In this document: positions 10,158 through 21,001 of the stretch, in pieces
Layout of the letters: the number at the start of each line of letters is the position of its first letter
Numbering within the stretch: position 1 is the stretch's first letter
Assembly: GCA_965222075.1 (NCBI GenBank)
Contig: OZ244937.1
Location: forward strand, 3,200,001-3,264,000
Source of the DNA: Candidatus Latescibacterota bacterium
Lineage (GTDB): Bacteria > Latescibacterota > UBA2968 > GCA-2709665
Reading direction: 5' to 3'
DNA: 64,000 bases
Position numbers and translations under genes: made by a program
Notes under the pieces: model-generated
Told to the model about the DNA's origin: nothing
What the model saw: the letters and a program-made list of their open reading frames with translations, nothing else
Database searches by the model: none

Positions 10158-11114
10158 TCAGCGGCCGAGCTCCTCCTGCAATACGGGCAGCAGATAGGCA
10201 AGGGCGACGCTGACGAGAAGGCCGGCGGTGATCTTTGCAAAGTCGGAGAGCAGCAGCCGGGACACCTCCTGACGGCTGCGGTGCCGCTCATTCCAGGCTA
10301 TGGCGATCTCGCGTCCGGCCAGGAGACCGACGAAGACCCAGGTCGTGCTCATCGGGATATGGCTGACCTCCTTGAACAGGAACAGCATGATGCCGTAGAT
10401 CAGGTCTACGAAGGTCGCCGAGCGGATGTCGGTGGTGTTCGTCTTCGTCAGCACCACCTTCTGGATGGCGCCGCCATGCGTATAAAAGATAATGGCGTAC
10501 AAGGCCAGCATAACGACAACGGCCATCCAGAACCATCCCCACGGCAGGTCGCGCGGCAGGAAGACGAAGATGTTGGCCAGATCCTGTACCAGCCACTGGC
10601 TCCAGAGGAAACCGGTGGAGCACCACTGAGCCACGACCCACCACGCACTCGCCGGGGCCTCCGTGGTGCGGCGGAAGCGGGACTCGAGTTCCCGGTTGAC
10701 CAACCTGTAGACGAGGATGGCGACCCCGAAGGCGGTCACATACCCCAGCAACGACTTGACCAGCATGCTCGACAGCGCCTTCGGCGCGAATATCGTCAGG
10801 GTCAGGAAGGTGGTGCTCACAGGGATGCCCGAGCGAGTCAGCAGGAGCAGGACAAAGGGCGGGACGCAGTAGATCCACGTAAAGCGCTCCGGAACGGGAA
10901 TCACCTGAAGTCTGCCGTAGGAGACGTCGCCGTGGGTCACCCACCCATAGGCGAGGACCGTCACCAGGATGGTGCAGGCAAAGATCCAGAGCACCCACCA
11001 CGGACGGTTGGCGTTGGAGCTGAGAAAGGTCCCCAGGGTCTGAATCGCGTCGTTGCCGACGATGGAATACGAGCCGAGCAAAAAGCCGACGATCATCAGG
11101 GCTTCTTGAGCCAC
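10158..11114 (-). CDS. Multi-pass membrane protein, PiT/PHO4-like permease
   Basis: GNDAIQTLGTF, PVSTT and PMSTT internal repeats, many TM helices. Confidence 0.65.
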   Translation of the reverse strand: MAQEALMIVGFLLGSYSIVGNDAIQTLGTFLSSNANRPWWVLWIFACTILVTVLAYGWVTHGDVSYGRLQVIPVPERFTWIYCVPPFVLLLLTRSGIPVSTTFLTLTIFAPKALSSMLVKSLLGYVTAFGVAILVYRLVNRELESRFRRTTEAPASAWWVVAQWCSTGFLWSQWLVQDLANIFVFLPRDLPWGWFWMAVVVMLALYAIIFYTHGGAIQKVVLTKTNTTDIRSATFVDLIYGIMLFLFKEVSHIPMSTTWVFVGLLAGREIAIAWNERHRSRQEVSRLLLSDFAKITAGLLVSVALAYLLPVLQEELGR

Positions 11115-11257
11115 GGTGGGTCTCCTTCGCTTAGTGGGGGTAGCGATTCATGGTGCCAGAGCTGGAGCGCGTCTGTCTCCTACGTGTTGCCGTCATTGTG
11201 AACCCCTTCCCTTACCGAAGCCGTATACAATGGCCGTTTGTATGTGCTTCCGGGGCA

Positions 11258-12508
11258 TCAACTCTCCTGAACCGCAAACTGCCGCCGGACCTGTCCCGTG
11301 CCGACGAATTGGGAGAGCAGGCGATAGTTGCCGCGCTCGTGGCGGACCCGGCCGGCGACGATAGCCGGATGGACCCCTATTTCATGGGCGATGTTGATAA
11401 CAGCCATTCCGGTCGGCGATTCGCGGACGACGCTCTCGTCCCAGGCCGCTTCTGGGACAAGGGCCTCTTCGGCCCATTGGTCGGCCTGGGCCTCCTTTGG
11501 GTTCTGTCCACTGTCCTCAACATCCCGGAGGGTGTGGTCGTCAACGAAGGCGGCCTCCCCGTCGCTGTCCATGTGTAGACCAACGTGGGCCAGCTCGTGC
11601 AGCAGGCAGAACCAGAAGTTGTCGATACGGTCGTACCGCAGGGTGAGGCCGATGACCGGCCTACCGCCAGCGAGACGAAGTGCCGCGCCGTCCAGATGCG
11701 TGCGGGGCAGATGGGGCACAACCTCAAGGGCGATGCCGCGCTTGGCCAAAAAGCCTTTGGCACGCTTGGGGCCGTCTTCGAATGGGCTGAGCTGTGCGAT
11801 CTGCCTTAGGAAATCCTGAGTCACAGTGCCGGGCTTGTAAGCGACGGCCAGCGGGTGATCGTTGGCGGTGGCCATCACCTGCCAACACCAGGCGCTGAGG
11901 GCGTACTCATCCGTCTTGGCGTTGATTCGACGGTGATCGTTCTTGTGATACAGCGGGGTGACAGCGACTTCCCGACCGCCGGCGCGCTCGATCAGACCGC
12001 GAATCAGTTCCTCAGCTCGGTCAGCCAGATCGGGGAGATCCGGAATCCACCCACACTTCGCCATGGCCTTCAAAGGAAACCTGTTTGGCTCGATGTCGTC
12101 GAACGTAAAGTCGAAAGCGGCGCCGGGCTCCTGGAGCAGGATGTCTGCGGATATGCCCAGGTGCTGGTGAAGCGCCCGTGCCATCGACATGGTAATCGCT
12201 CTCTTGCCAGACAGGACCTCCGAGACCTTGGCGCGGCTCCCGATGAAAGGAACGAGGTCGCGGGGAGTCATGCCGGTCTGGTCCATGTGGAATTCGATGG
12301 CCGCGATGGGGCTCGGAAGGCCGATCGGGTAGTGCCTGGACTCGTAGAGCTCGACGAGATCTACGAGGACATCGAGCTCTACTCTGTCGGGATGGTTTTC
12401 GTCCTCTATCTGTCCGTCTGGGCACGACAAGGCATCCATGAGCTCAGAGACCCGAGCCAGCGCTGCCTCGTAATCCTCCTCGGTGCGGATCGGGCTAACG
12501 TTCGCCAC
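11258..12508 (-). CDS. higA: HigA antitoxin (HTH) fused to ImmA/IrrE metallopeptidase
   Basis: PIRTEEDYEAAL, SRAKVSEVLSGKR, DNFWFCLLHELAH; GTG 12508 after GGAGG. Confidence 0.9.
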   Translation of the reverse strand: MANVSPIRTEEDYEAALARVSELMDALSCPDGQIEDENHPDRVELDVLVDLVELYESRHYPIGLPSPIAAIEFHMDQTGMTPRDLVPFIGSRAKVSEVLSGKRAITMSMARALHQHLGISADILLQEPGAAFDFTFDDIEPNRFPLKAMAKCGWIPDLPDLADRAEELIRGLIERAGGREVAVTPLYHKNDHRRINAKTDEYALSAWCWQVMATANDHPLAVAYKPGTVTQDFLRQIAQLSPFEDGPKRAKGFLAKRGIALEVVPHLPRTHLDGAALRLAGGRPVIGLTLRYDRIDNFWFCLLHELAHVGLHMDSDGEAAFVDDHTLRDVEDSGQNPKEAQADQWAEEALVPEAAWDESVVRESPTGMAVINIAHEIGVHPAIVAGRVRHERGNYRLLSQFVGTGQVRRQFAVQES

Positions 12509-12510
12509 TT

Positions 12511-12606
12511 CTAAACCTCCTCTGCGTTTATGCGGTTGTACTCCGCGTGCGTGCCGACGAACCGTATGTAGACCTGACGTCCAGGGTAGAAGATACGCAC
12601 TACCAG
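12511..12606 (-). pseudogene. higB: HigB toxin 3' remnant
   Basis: LVVRIFYPGRQVYIRFVGTHAEYNRINAEEV* directly upstream of higA; N-terminal part not found. Confidence 0.8.
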
Positions 12607-12871
12607 GAGAAACGGTTGAAGGCCGAGAAGGCGAATTAGCCTCTTTACGGGCCAACAGTTTCCGAGTCTTGGCGCCGGCCTGAGCGTTGCGGACGGATAC
12701 TGTCGTACAAAGAAATAGGGGCAACTCCCATTCGATGGTCTGTCGTTGCCCCGTATGTTGCCTCCGCTTGACCTCGGATGCCAATAGATATTCTTGGACC
12801 TCGTGAGACGCCTGATGTCGACTTCATACGTGATTTAAAACGAAAAGTAAGCCGTATAGGACATGATGAAT

Positions 12872-12948
12872 TGGTCGGGGCGGCGGGATTTGAACCCACG
12901 ACCCCCTGCTCCCAAAGCAGGTGCTCTACCGGACTGAGCCACGCCCCG
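12872..12948 (-). tRNA. tRNA-Pro(TGG)
   Basis: Cloverleaf CGGGGCG...CCTGC-TT-TGG-GA-GCAGG...GGTTCAAATCC...CGCCCCGACCA. Confidence 0.97.
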
Positions 12949-13049
12949 ACGTCATCTTGAACAACAGAAAATCAACCTGGATGAAACTGCCGTGGGAGGT
13001 CAAGATAAGCATAGCAGGGTCTGTTTTGCAAGTCTTTTCGGCAAACAGG

Positions 13050-13115
13050 CCTGCCTGCAGCGCCTGCCTGCGCGGCGCACCGCGCTGCAGGCAGGCAGAG
13101 CACTGCGCAGGCAGG
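13050..13115. repeat. Nested CCTG...CAGG palindromic elements
   Basis: CCTGCCTGCAGCG[CCTGCCTG...CAGGCAGG]CAGAGCACTGCGCAGGCAGG. Confidence 0.8.
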
Positions 13116-13179
13116 CGGAAACCGCTATGATCAGCAGGCGAGAGTGAAGCGGGAAGGGGGAAACGGGAAGGGGAAAAGG

Positions 13180-13648
13180 GTCACCCCGGCCCCAGGCCGT
13201 CCAGCGCATTCGCCTGTCCTTCCCGGACACAGGCGTATCCGTTGATACGAAAAAGGAGCTCCTCAACATAAAGTCGCGCATGCTCATGTCCCGGTAGCCA
13301 TAGGTCAGCCCTGCCCGTTCGTCCCACGCCGGGCCGAACAGAGTCGGCGAATGGATGGCGGGACGGCGCCCCGGACCTGCCTGCGGCGGCAGATCGCCGG
13401 ATAGATTCATCCGCTGACCACCCAGCGTCACATGCGAACCCCGCGCGGACGCCCCACCCAGCCGCTTGTCAACCGCTTCCAGAACGTGACTCGCCACTGT
13501 CCGTCCAAACCGCGCAAGCCAGGCCCTCGCGATGGATTGGAGCGAACCTCAGATCCAGTACCTGCCCCTCAAAAGGCTCCTGTTCCGCCGCAACGGTGGA
13601 TGCCAGACTCGTGAATGCAACCAATGAAAGAGACAGAATGCATTTCAT
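13180..13648 (-). pseudogene. Chimeric relic: duplicated signal peptide joined out of frame to an autotransporter-linker fragment
   Basis: MKCILSLSLVAF... as at 21939, then in another frame AWLARFGRTVASHVLEAV...RWTAWGRG. Confidence 0.65.
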
Positions 13649-13700
13649 CGAGATTCTCCTTTTCGTGGGTCGGGTGATGCAATCCCTGGTTTCATGAGAG

Positions 13701-16700
13701 CTACTTGAGATGCAGCACGCGCCGGGTCTGCACCCCGCCCGGATAGTGCAGGCGCACCAGGTACACCCCCGCGGCCACGGCGCCGCCGCGTCCGTCGCGG
13801 GCGTCCCAGGACACCCGGTAGGAGCCGGCGGCCTGCACCTCGTCCACCAGGGTGCGTATGCGCTGCCCGAGGAGGTTGTAGATCTCCAGGCGCACCGATC
13901 CGTCCGTGTCCAGACGATACGGGATGACGGTGTTGGGGTTGAAGGGGTTGGGCACGTTGGGCGCCAGGCCCGGCGGCCCGTCCGCGACCGCCGGCTTGGA
14001 CGCCGGCGTGATGTCGATGACCCGCAGCTCGTAGCCGCCCCACTCGAACGACTCGCCGCTCGCCGCGATGTAATAGGTGCCACCGGCATGGGCGTGAAAC
14101 GTCACCCGGAACAGGTGGTGGGAGCTTGATTCGTCGCGGGAAAACGTGTTGACAAGGAAGTCCCCGTCCGCATCGTAGATCGCGTTGATCTGCGGGAGGC
14201 GCAGGGTGAGATCGTTGGTGGGAGTCTTGCCCTTCATGTCGATCCGGTAGGTCCGGCCCGCCTCCAGCTCCACCGCGAACCAGTCGGTGTCGAAGTCGTA
14301 ACCCCTTTCCACGAAGACCGGCTTATCGATGGTGCCCCGGGCCGCGAGCCCGTCCACCTCGACCACGCCACTTGTGGTCGCGTTGGCGGGCAGGTCGGCG
14401 CCTTCCACGACGAAGATGTAGCCATCGTGGTCCCCGGGCAGAGACGGCTGGCTGGTGAGGTCAATGTCCACGGTCACCGGCGCGGTCGTCCCGGTCGTGC
14501 GGGTCACCGTCACTGGCGTGCCCTCCACCGAGCCGGCCGCCACCCTGAGCGCCGTCGCGCCGCCATCAAGCTCGCCGTTCGCCACCATCACCGGGATATC
14601 GACCGTGAACGGCGCCCCCGCCAGCACCTCCGCCCGCACCTGACGCACCTGATCGGACCCCACATTCTCCAGGGTCACGAGGGTCACGGAAAGCGGCAGC
14701 AGTTTGTCGGTGTTGGGGTTGTCGCCCAGTTTGAGAGTTGTCAGCGCCGTCAGGCCGGAGAACACGCCGTCGGGAAGCGACGTCAGATCGTTGTCGTACA
14801 GCCAGAGGCGCCCCAGCGCCGTCAGGTCGGAGAACACGCCAGCGGGAAGCTCGCCGAGCTTGTTGGACCGCAGACTGAGGTTCGTCAGCGCCGTCAGGCC
14901 GGTGAACACGCCGGCGGGCAGCGAGGTGAGTTTGTTGACGTTCAGATAGAGCCGCTCCAGCTCCGACAGGCCGGAGAACACGTCAGCGCGAAGCTCGCTG
15001 AGCGCGTTGTTGTTCAGCCGGAGCTCCGTCAGCGCCTCCAGGCCGGTGAACACCCCGGCGGGAAGCGAACTGAGCGCGTTCTCGCTCAGCCAGAGCGTGT
15101 CCAGCGCGGTCAGGCCGGAGAACACGTCAGCGCGAAGCTCGCTGAGCGCGTTGCTGTTCAGACTGAGGTTCGTCAGCGCCGACAGGTCGGAGAACAGGCC
15201 GGTGGGAAGCGAGACGAGCGCGTTGCCGTTCAGACTGAGGTCCTGCAGCGCCGACAGGTCGCAGAGCCTCCGGTCGGAGAACGCGCCGGCGGGAAGCTCG
15301 CTGAACTCGTTGCCGCTCAGATAGAGCGTCTCCAGCGCCTCCAGGTCGGAGAACACCCCGGCGGGAAGCGAGACGAGCGCGTTGTTGTTCAGATAGAGCG
15401 TCTCCAGCGCCTCCAGGTCGGAGAAATCACCCGGCTGCAAGGACCGGATGTCCTCATTCGCGAGATAGAGACCCGTCACGCCGGCCAGTTGCGTTGTCGT
15501 CACTTCGGCGCAGTTCTCCGTCACGCCTTTGATCGGTGGCTGCTTCATGATCTCGTTCCGCACCTGCTCCGTGCGGCCGCAGAAACCGGACTTCGGCGTC
15601 GCCGGACCCGCCTCCGCCGCGGCGCCGGCGCCGTCGATGTTCGCCGCGCGCAACTGGAAGGTGTAGGCCGTGTCGTTGGTCAGATTCTCCACCACGACCC
15701 AGTCCTCGTGGGCCTCGCCCGGCGCGCTGTCGTCGATCTCCGTCCACTCGGAGGGGTAGTCGCCCGTGGTCTTGAACCGGTACTCGTGGCGCGTGATGTC
15801 CGCGTCCGGCGCGTCCCAGGTGAGCGTTACCTGCTCGTTGCCGTTCGACGCGTTGAAGCCCTGCCGCGCGGGGGGTACGTCGCGCAGCTCGACCAGCTTG
15901 TCCGTCCCGCCGGGGCCGGACGGCGTGGCATGGCCGGGCGCGCCGACGGGATCGTCCTCCCCGTCCGGGTCGGCCGGGTCGTCGCCTTCGGCGGCCTCGG
16001 GCGCGGCGGGGGTGTCGATGTGGAACCAGCGGGAGCGTTCGCTCGTTCCGGCCCCGTTGATGGCCTTGATGCGGTAGGTGTAAGTGAGGCCGGCCGCCAC
16101 CGTGTCGTCGACGTAGGTGGTCGCGGCGCTTTCCGTGTCCGCCACCAGTTCACTGAAGTCGCCCCCGGTATCGTTCACGCGGACGCGCCGCAGGATGATG
16201 TAGCCGGTGATGCTGTCGTCGCCGGGGTCGTCCCAGGTGAGGACCACCCGGCCGTGGGTTGCCGTGGCGGAGAGGCCCTTGGGCTTATCGGGTACGGGGG
16301 CTGCCGGGGTGTCGATGTGGAACCAGCGCGAGCGTTCACTCGTTCCGGCCCCGTTGATGGCCTTGATGCGGTAGGTGTAAGTGAGGCCGGCCGCCACCGT
16401 GTCGTCGGTGTAGGTGGTCGCGTCGCTGCCCGTGTTCGCCACCAGCACACCGAACTCGCCCCCGGTGTCGTTCACGCGGACGCGGCGCAGGATGACGTAG
16501 CCGGTGATGCTGTCGTCCTGGGGGTCGTCCCAGGTCAGGACCACCTGGCCGTGGGACGCCGTGGCAGACAGCCCCCTGGGCTTGGCGGGCGGCCCCGCCC
16601 CTTGCTCCGGCGTCACGTCGGTCACGCTCAGCGTGTAGGTGCCCGTCTCGTTCCGGTCGCCCGACACCCGCGCGTAATAGGTCCCGCTCTGTGTTGGCGT

Positions 16701-17084
16701 GAACGTCACCCGGCTGTCTCGTCCGCCGTCGAAGTCGTCGTTGTAGCTGCCCGACTGGTAGCGCCCCTCGCTGTTGTAGATCGCCCGGAAATAGGTGTCC
16801 CGAAGCGTGCCGCCCCCGCCCGGGCGGCCCGTCAGGTCGAACCGGTAGGTCCGCCCCGCCACCAGCTCGACCGCGAACCTGTCCTGATCCTCAGGGATCC
16901 CGATGGCGCCCGTGGCCGAGCCCCCGACCGCGACGCGGCCGGGGGTGGTGTTGTCGTTGGGCAGGTCCACCTCGCCCTCCGAGACGCTCTGCAGCACCTC
17001 GTCACGCTCCTGCGCCTGCACCGTGGAGACAAGCATGCCGAGCACGGCCCCTGCCAGGGCCAGGATTGCGATGCCGCGAGTCAT
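13701..17084 (-). CDS. Secreted modular protein: PPC-like, 3x Fn3, LRR array, PPC-like, FlgD-Ig-like CTD
   Basis: Signal peptide, LTWD..Y Fn3 motifs, LxxLxLxxNxL repeats, APNVPNPFNP...YNLLGQ...GVY. Confidence 0.9.
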   Translation of the reverse strand: MTRGIAILALAGAVLGMLVSTVQAQERDEVLQSVSEGEVDLPNDNTTPGRVAVGGSATGAIGIPEDQDRFAVELVAGRTYRFDLTGRPGGGGTLRDTYFRAIYNSEGRYQSGSYNDDFDGGRDSRVTFTPTQSGTYYARVSGDRNETGTYTLSVTDVTPEQGAGPPAKPRGLSATASHGQVVLTWDDPQDDSITGYVILRRVRVNDTGGEFGVLVANTGSDATTYTDDTVAAGLTYTYRIKAINGAGTSERSRWFHIDTPAAPVPDKPKGLSATATHGRVVLTWDDPGDDSITGYIILRRVRVNDTGGDFSELVADTESAATTYVDDTVAAGLTYTYRIKAINGAGTSERSRWFHIDTPAAPEAAEGDDPADPDGEDDPVGAPGHATPSGPGGTDKLVELRDVPPARQGFNASNGNEQVTLTWDAPDADITRHEYRFKTTGDYPSEWTEIDDSAPGEAHEDWVVVENLTNDTAYTFQLRAANIDGAGAAAEAGPATPKSGFCGRTEQVRNEIMKQPPIKGVTENCAEVTTTQLAGVTGLYLANEDIRSLQPGDFSDLEALETLYLNNNALVSLPAGVFSDLEALETLYLSGNEFSELPAGAFSDRRLCDLSALQDLSLNGNALVSLPTGLFSDLSALTNLSLNSNALSELRADVFSGLTALDTLWLSENALSSLPAGVFTGLEALTELRLNNNALSELRADVFSGLSELERLYLNVNKLTSLPAGVFTGLTALTNLSLRSNKLGELPAGVFSDLTALGRLWLYDNDLTSLPDGVFSGLTALTTLKLGDNPNTDKLLPLSVTLVTLENVGSDQVRQVRAEVLAGAPFTVDIPVMVANGELDGGATALRVAAGSVEGTPVTVTRTTGTTAPVTVDIDLTSQPSLPGDHDGYIFVVEGADLPANATTSGVVEVDGLAARGTIDKPVFVERGYDFDTDWFAVELEAGRTYRIDMKGKTPTNDLTLRLPQINAIYDADGDFLVNTFSRDESSSHHLFRVTFHAHAGGTYYIAASGESFEWGGYELRVIDITPASKPAVADGPPGLAPNVPNPFNPNTVIPYRLDTDGSVRLEIYNLLGQRIRTLVDEVQAAGSYRVSWDARDGRGGAVAAGVYLVRLHYPGGVQTRRVLHLK
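16011..16585. repeat. Tandem 297-bp Fn3 duplication
   Basis: GGTGTCGATGTGGAACCAGCG at 16011 and 16308; near-identical domains. Confidence 0.85.
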
Positions 17085-17237
17085 CGCCGCGGCTCCGTTG
17101 CGGCCCCGAAAAAATCGGGGGGGGTGAACATTTGTGCCGGGAGCGGTTGCCCGGCCGGTGGTCGGTCGATTTCAAATGCATGTGAAATTCTCCTTTCATG
17201 AATGGCGGTTGAGGGCCGCCGCCGGCCGGCTCGGTCA

Positions 17238-17310
17238 CGGCCGAGAGGATGCGGTCGGTGGTGATCTCCTCGATCCCGGCCGAGAGGATGCGGTCGGCGG
17301 TGATCTCCAT
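17238..17310. repeat. 39-bp tandem repeat (2 copies), intergenic
   Basis: GGCCGAGAGGATGCGGTCGGYGGTGATCTCC twice. Confidence 0.75.
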
Positions 17311-17317
17311 GCAGGGC

Positions 17318-20300
17318 CTATTCCAGGTAGAGCATCCTCCGCGTCTGCACCCCGCCCGGATAGCGCAGGCGGATAAAATACACCCCCGTGGCCACGGCGC
17401 CGCCCCGTCCGTCGCGCGCGTCCCACTGCACCCGGTAGACGCCGGCCGATTGCGCCTCGTCCACCAGGGTGCGTACGTGCTGCCCGAGGAGATTGTAAAC
17501 GACCAGGCGCACCGGACCGTCCACGTCCAGGCGATAGGGGATGACGGTGCTGGGGTTGAAGGGGTTGGGCGCATTCGGCGCCAGGCCCGGCGGCTCCGGC
17601 CCGTCCGCGACCACCGGCTTGGACGCCGGGCCCGTGACGTCGGTCACGGACAGCGTGTAGGTCCCGGTCTCGTTCCGGTCGCCCGACACCCGCGCGTAAT
17701 AGGTCCCGCTCGCGGGCGCCGTGAACGTCACCCGGCTGTCTCGTCCGCCGTCGAAGTCGTCGTTGTAGCTGCCCGACTGGTAGCGCCCCTCGCTGTTGTA
17801 GATCGCCCGGAAATAGGTGTCCCGAAGGGTGCCGCCCCCGCCCGGGCGGCCCGTCAGGTCGAACCGGTAGGTCCGCCCCGCTTCGAGATCGACCGCGAAC
17901 CTGTCCTGATCCTTGGGGATCCCGATGGCGCCCGTGGCCGAGCCCCCGACCGCGACGCGGCCGGGGGTGGTGTTGTCGTTGGGCAGGTCCTTGCCGCCCT
18001 CCGAGACGCTTCGTCCCGTATCCTGGTCCTGTTCCTGAGACTCCTGCGCTTCTTCCGCCCGACCCCGCACCGTCGTCGAGATACCCTGCGACAGCGCCCG
18101 CCCGTCCTTCGTGCAGACCGCCGCCGGAGAGTCGCAGGCCGCCCCGGCCGCCAGCGTCACCGTCACGTCCGCCGGCGAGTCCGGCTCGACCGTCAGCTGC
18201 CACAGATCCCTGCGCCGGTTCACCCGACTGGCCTTCGTCGCCCGGCCCCCGGCCACCGCCACGACGTCCTCCCGCAACCGCCGGCCGTTCATCCAGCTGA
18301 GCGGCTCGCTGAACGCCATCCTGAGCGTGAACGCCGTCTGCCCGTCATGCTCCGACGGCACGCCCTCGAACGACGCCGTCAGCGGCTCTTGCTCCTCGCC
18401 ACCCGAATCGTCCGACGATTCCTCCGACACCTGTTCCTCGGAGGGCTCACCGCCACCCGAATCGTCCGACGATTCCTCCGACACCTGTTCCTCGGAGGGC
18501 TCACCGCCACCCGGATCGCCCGACGATTCCTCCGGCCCCGACACCACCGTCGAGATCCCCTGCGACAGCACCCGCCCGTCCGCCGTGCAAATCGCGCCCG
18601 TCTCGTCGCACGGGCGCCACGCCGCCAGCGACACCGTCACGTCCGCCAGCGAGTCCGGCTCGATCTCGATCTCCCACGCGACGGTCTTCCGGCCCTTCGT
18701 CCTGACCGCCCACCGAGCGAGCCCCCTTTCGCTCCGCACTGCCGCCCGACGGCACTGCCGTCCACCGGGCGCACCGACGTCACTTCGCCGCCCTCGACTT
18801 CCACGCCGCGCGCGCCCACGTTTTCGACCGCGTCGCTGAATCCCACACGGACCTTGATCGCCTTCGAACCGTCGTGCTGATCCGGCGGCGACGCGAACCA
18901 CGCCCGCAGCGGCATCCGCACCCCCTGCAGTTGGCTGGACGAAAGCTCCAGGAGATTAACCGCGTAGGTGCCAACGCGGTACGGCCGCGTGTCGGGGCGC
19001 TGGGTCCCAGAGACGTCGATGTGCCACGTCTGCTGCGCCCCGGTAAGCCCGCGCAGGTCGATGACGAAAGCCTGGAATTCTTCGCAGTCCCTGCCTTTGC
19101 TGGCCGTGTTCTGGGCAGATCTCCGACATGGTCACGCCGTCCACCCACGGCTTGCCCATGTTGTGATCGGTGTGGATCGACGGCGGATTTGCGCGCTTGA
19201 TTCGTGGCGTCGCGGCGGTCAGGACAGGGGCGGTTTCCTTGCCCACGACCCGCACTCGATAAGCCTTGCCCGGCTGCACCCGCAATCCGAACCGGTCTAC
19301 GTCTCCGTAGGTGTTGAGTACGACGTCGTCTGGCCCTTCGCCGGGACCAAAAGTAAGTTCCGACAGCCCGGGTTCGCTCTCCGGCACGAGTATGAAGTGG
19401 AATCGTCCCGCGCTCAGGTTCCCGCCATGCGAGATCTTGACCTGGTATTCGCCCTCGGCCTGCGTCGTGAATCTCGGTTTGAGCCCGTTGTTCGGTTCCA
19501 GCACTTCGTTCATGACCTCCGTGCTGAACGGGCCGGTCACGATCACCCGCGTCCCCCCTGAGATTCTGAACCGATAGCTCTCGTTCGCGTCCAGGTCGAA
19601 TCGGAACACCTTCTGGTCGGTGAACGAGTCGAGTGTCGAAACCACCGCGCCAAAATCGAACTCGCCCTGATCGGACTCCACCAGCCCCGGCGTCGTGGCG
19701 CTGACCACGTCGGACCAGGCGCTCTCCTCCTCGTCGTCCACCGCCTTGACCCGGTAGTGGCGCGTGGTCCCGGGCGTGATGGTGTCGTCGTTGAATCGCG
19801 TGGGGTAGCACGTGCACCAGATGTCGCTATCGGTCACGTACTGGTTCGTGACGTTCACGAGCGAGGTCCACGGCGCGTTGCCATCGGCGGACCATTCGAT
19901 CTTGTAGCCGTCGTCCCTATCGATTGTGCCTTTTGGAGACGGTAAGGTCCTGTCCCATCTGAGCGTGACCCGCATCGGCGCAACTGCGCGAGCGCTCGGA
20001 TTGGTCGGCGGGTCCAGGAGCACCTCACCCTTGACGTCGATTCGCATCGACTGATTGCTTGCTTGCCATGCACCGATCGAAGGCCTGTTTGTCCACGAAT
20101 CATTGTCGATGGTCCAATTCTCGCGGCCCCGTCGTCTTCGGCGTTGCCGCCGGAAAGGGGTCCGGTTACGGAAACGGCTACCCTGTCGCTCGAGGTCGTT
20201 TTGACCTGCACGAAGTAGGTTTTCGATGCCTCCAGCACGATGCCGCCGTCGGGAACGGTGAACACGTTGACTGCATCCTCAGTGATGCTCCCCGGGTTCT

Positions 20301-21001
20301 CCAGAGTCTTCAGTCTGCGGCCGGGATTGTCTTCCCCGCCCTCGTGCAATGTGACCTCCACGTCGTCATCGACTTCATCTCCAATCCCGATTCCGATTAA
20401 TGTGACCCGCGCCCAGGTCCCGGCCGTGAATGCTTGCGCACTTCGATGGCCATTTTCAAAAAGGTTCCTTTCGTTATCATCCAGGGAGGTGTTCTTTACC
20501 AGGGACGGCCCGCTGGCGTCCGTGATGCTGAGGTCCACGTCGTCGCCCAAAGACCAGGAGGGGCTGGACGACCAGGTGTAACGCCTGGAATTGGAACTGA
20601 CGCTGGCGTCCTCGAAGGCCAGCTCGGTATCATCGCCCACGTGCAGGGTCAGAAAGCTCGCGTACGTTCGCGGGAAGGGCGGTATCCAGAGTCAGTTCCA
20701 GCTCGCTGCCGTCGTCTTCGATCCTCGTGATTGTGTACGTGTTGCCGTGCAAGCTGATTTCGTCGTCGGATAGAACATTGGAGTTGGCGCACTGCCCATT
20801 AAAGGGGGTAGTGTGGGAACAACCGAATTCGTCCTGGGCGGCATTGAGGGTTTTCACCTCCAGGTCGGCGGACCAGATCGTCACGTCTTCCGCGGAGGCC
20901 GGCGGCGCGATGACGAGCGAGGCCGCGAAGAGGACGCCGCAGAGGGCCGCGGCGAGGGCGAGGCATCGCGGGAGCCGGGCCGGTTTGATGGCGCGAGTCA
21001 T
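17318..21001 (-). pseudogene. Multiply frameshifted secreted modular protein (signal peptide, Fn3, PPC-like, Ig-like repeats, FlgD-Ig-like CTD)
   Basis: Coding sense continues across shifts near 20654, 20122, 19114 and probably ~18750 and ~18680. Confidence 0.8.
18395..18532. repeat. 54-bp coding tandem repeat (~2.5 copies, EESSDDSGGGEPSEEQVS)
   Basis: Seen directly in DNA and protein. Confidence 0.85.

Noticed and set aside
12509-12784. 92-aa N-terminal extension of HigA
   Set aside because: Overlaps the higB remnant; GTG 12508 has an RBS.
14700-15430. 72-bp periodic repeats as a CRISPR-like array
   Set aside because: In-frame 24-aa LRR units; no spacers or cas genes.
14427-17201. Long antisense ORFs (924 aa here; also 27170, 30376, 34397, 38597)
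   Set aside because: Shadow frames of high-GC genes with clear products on the other strand.
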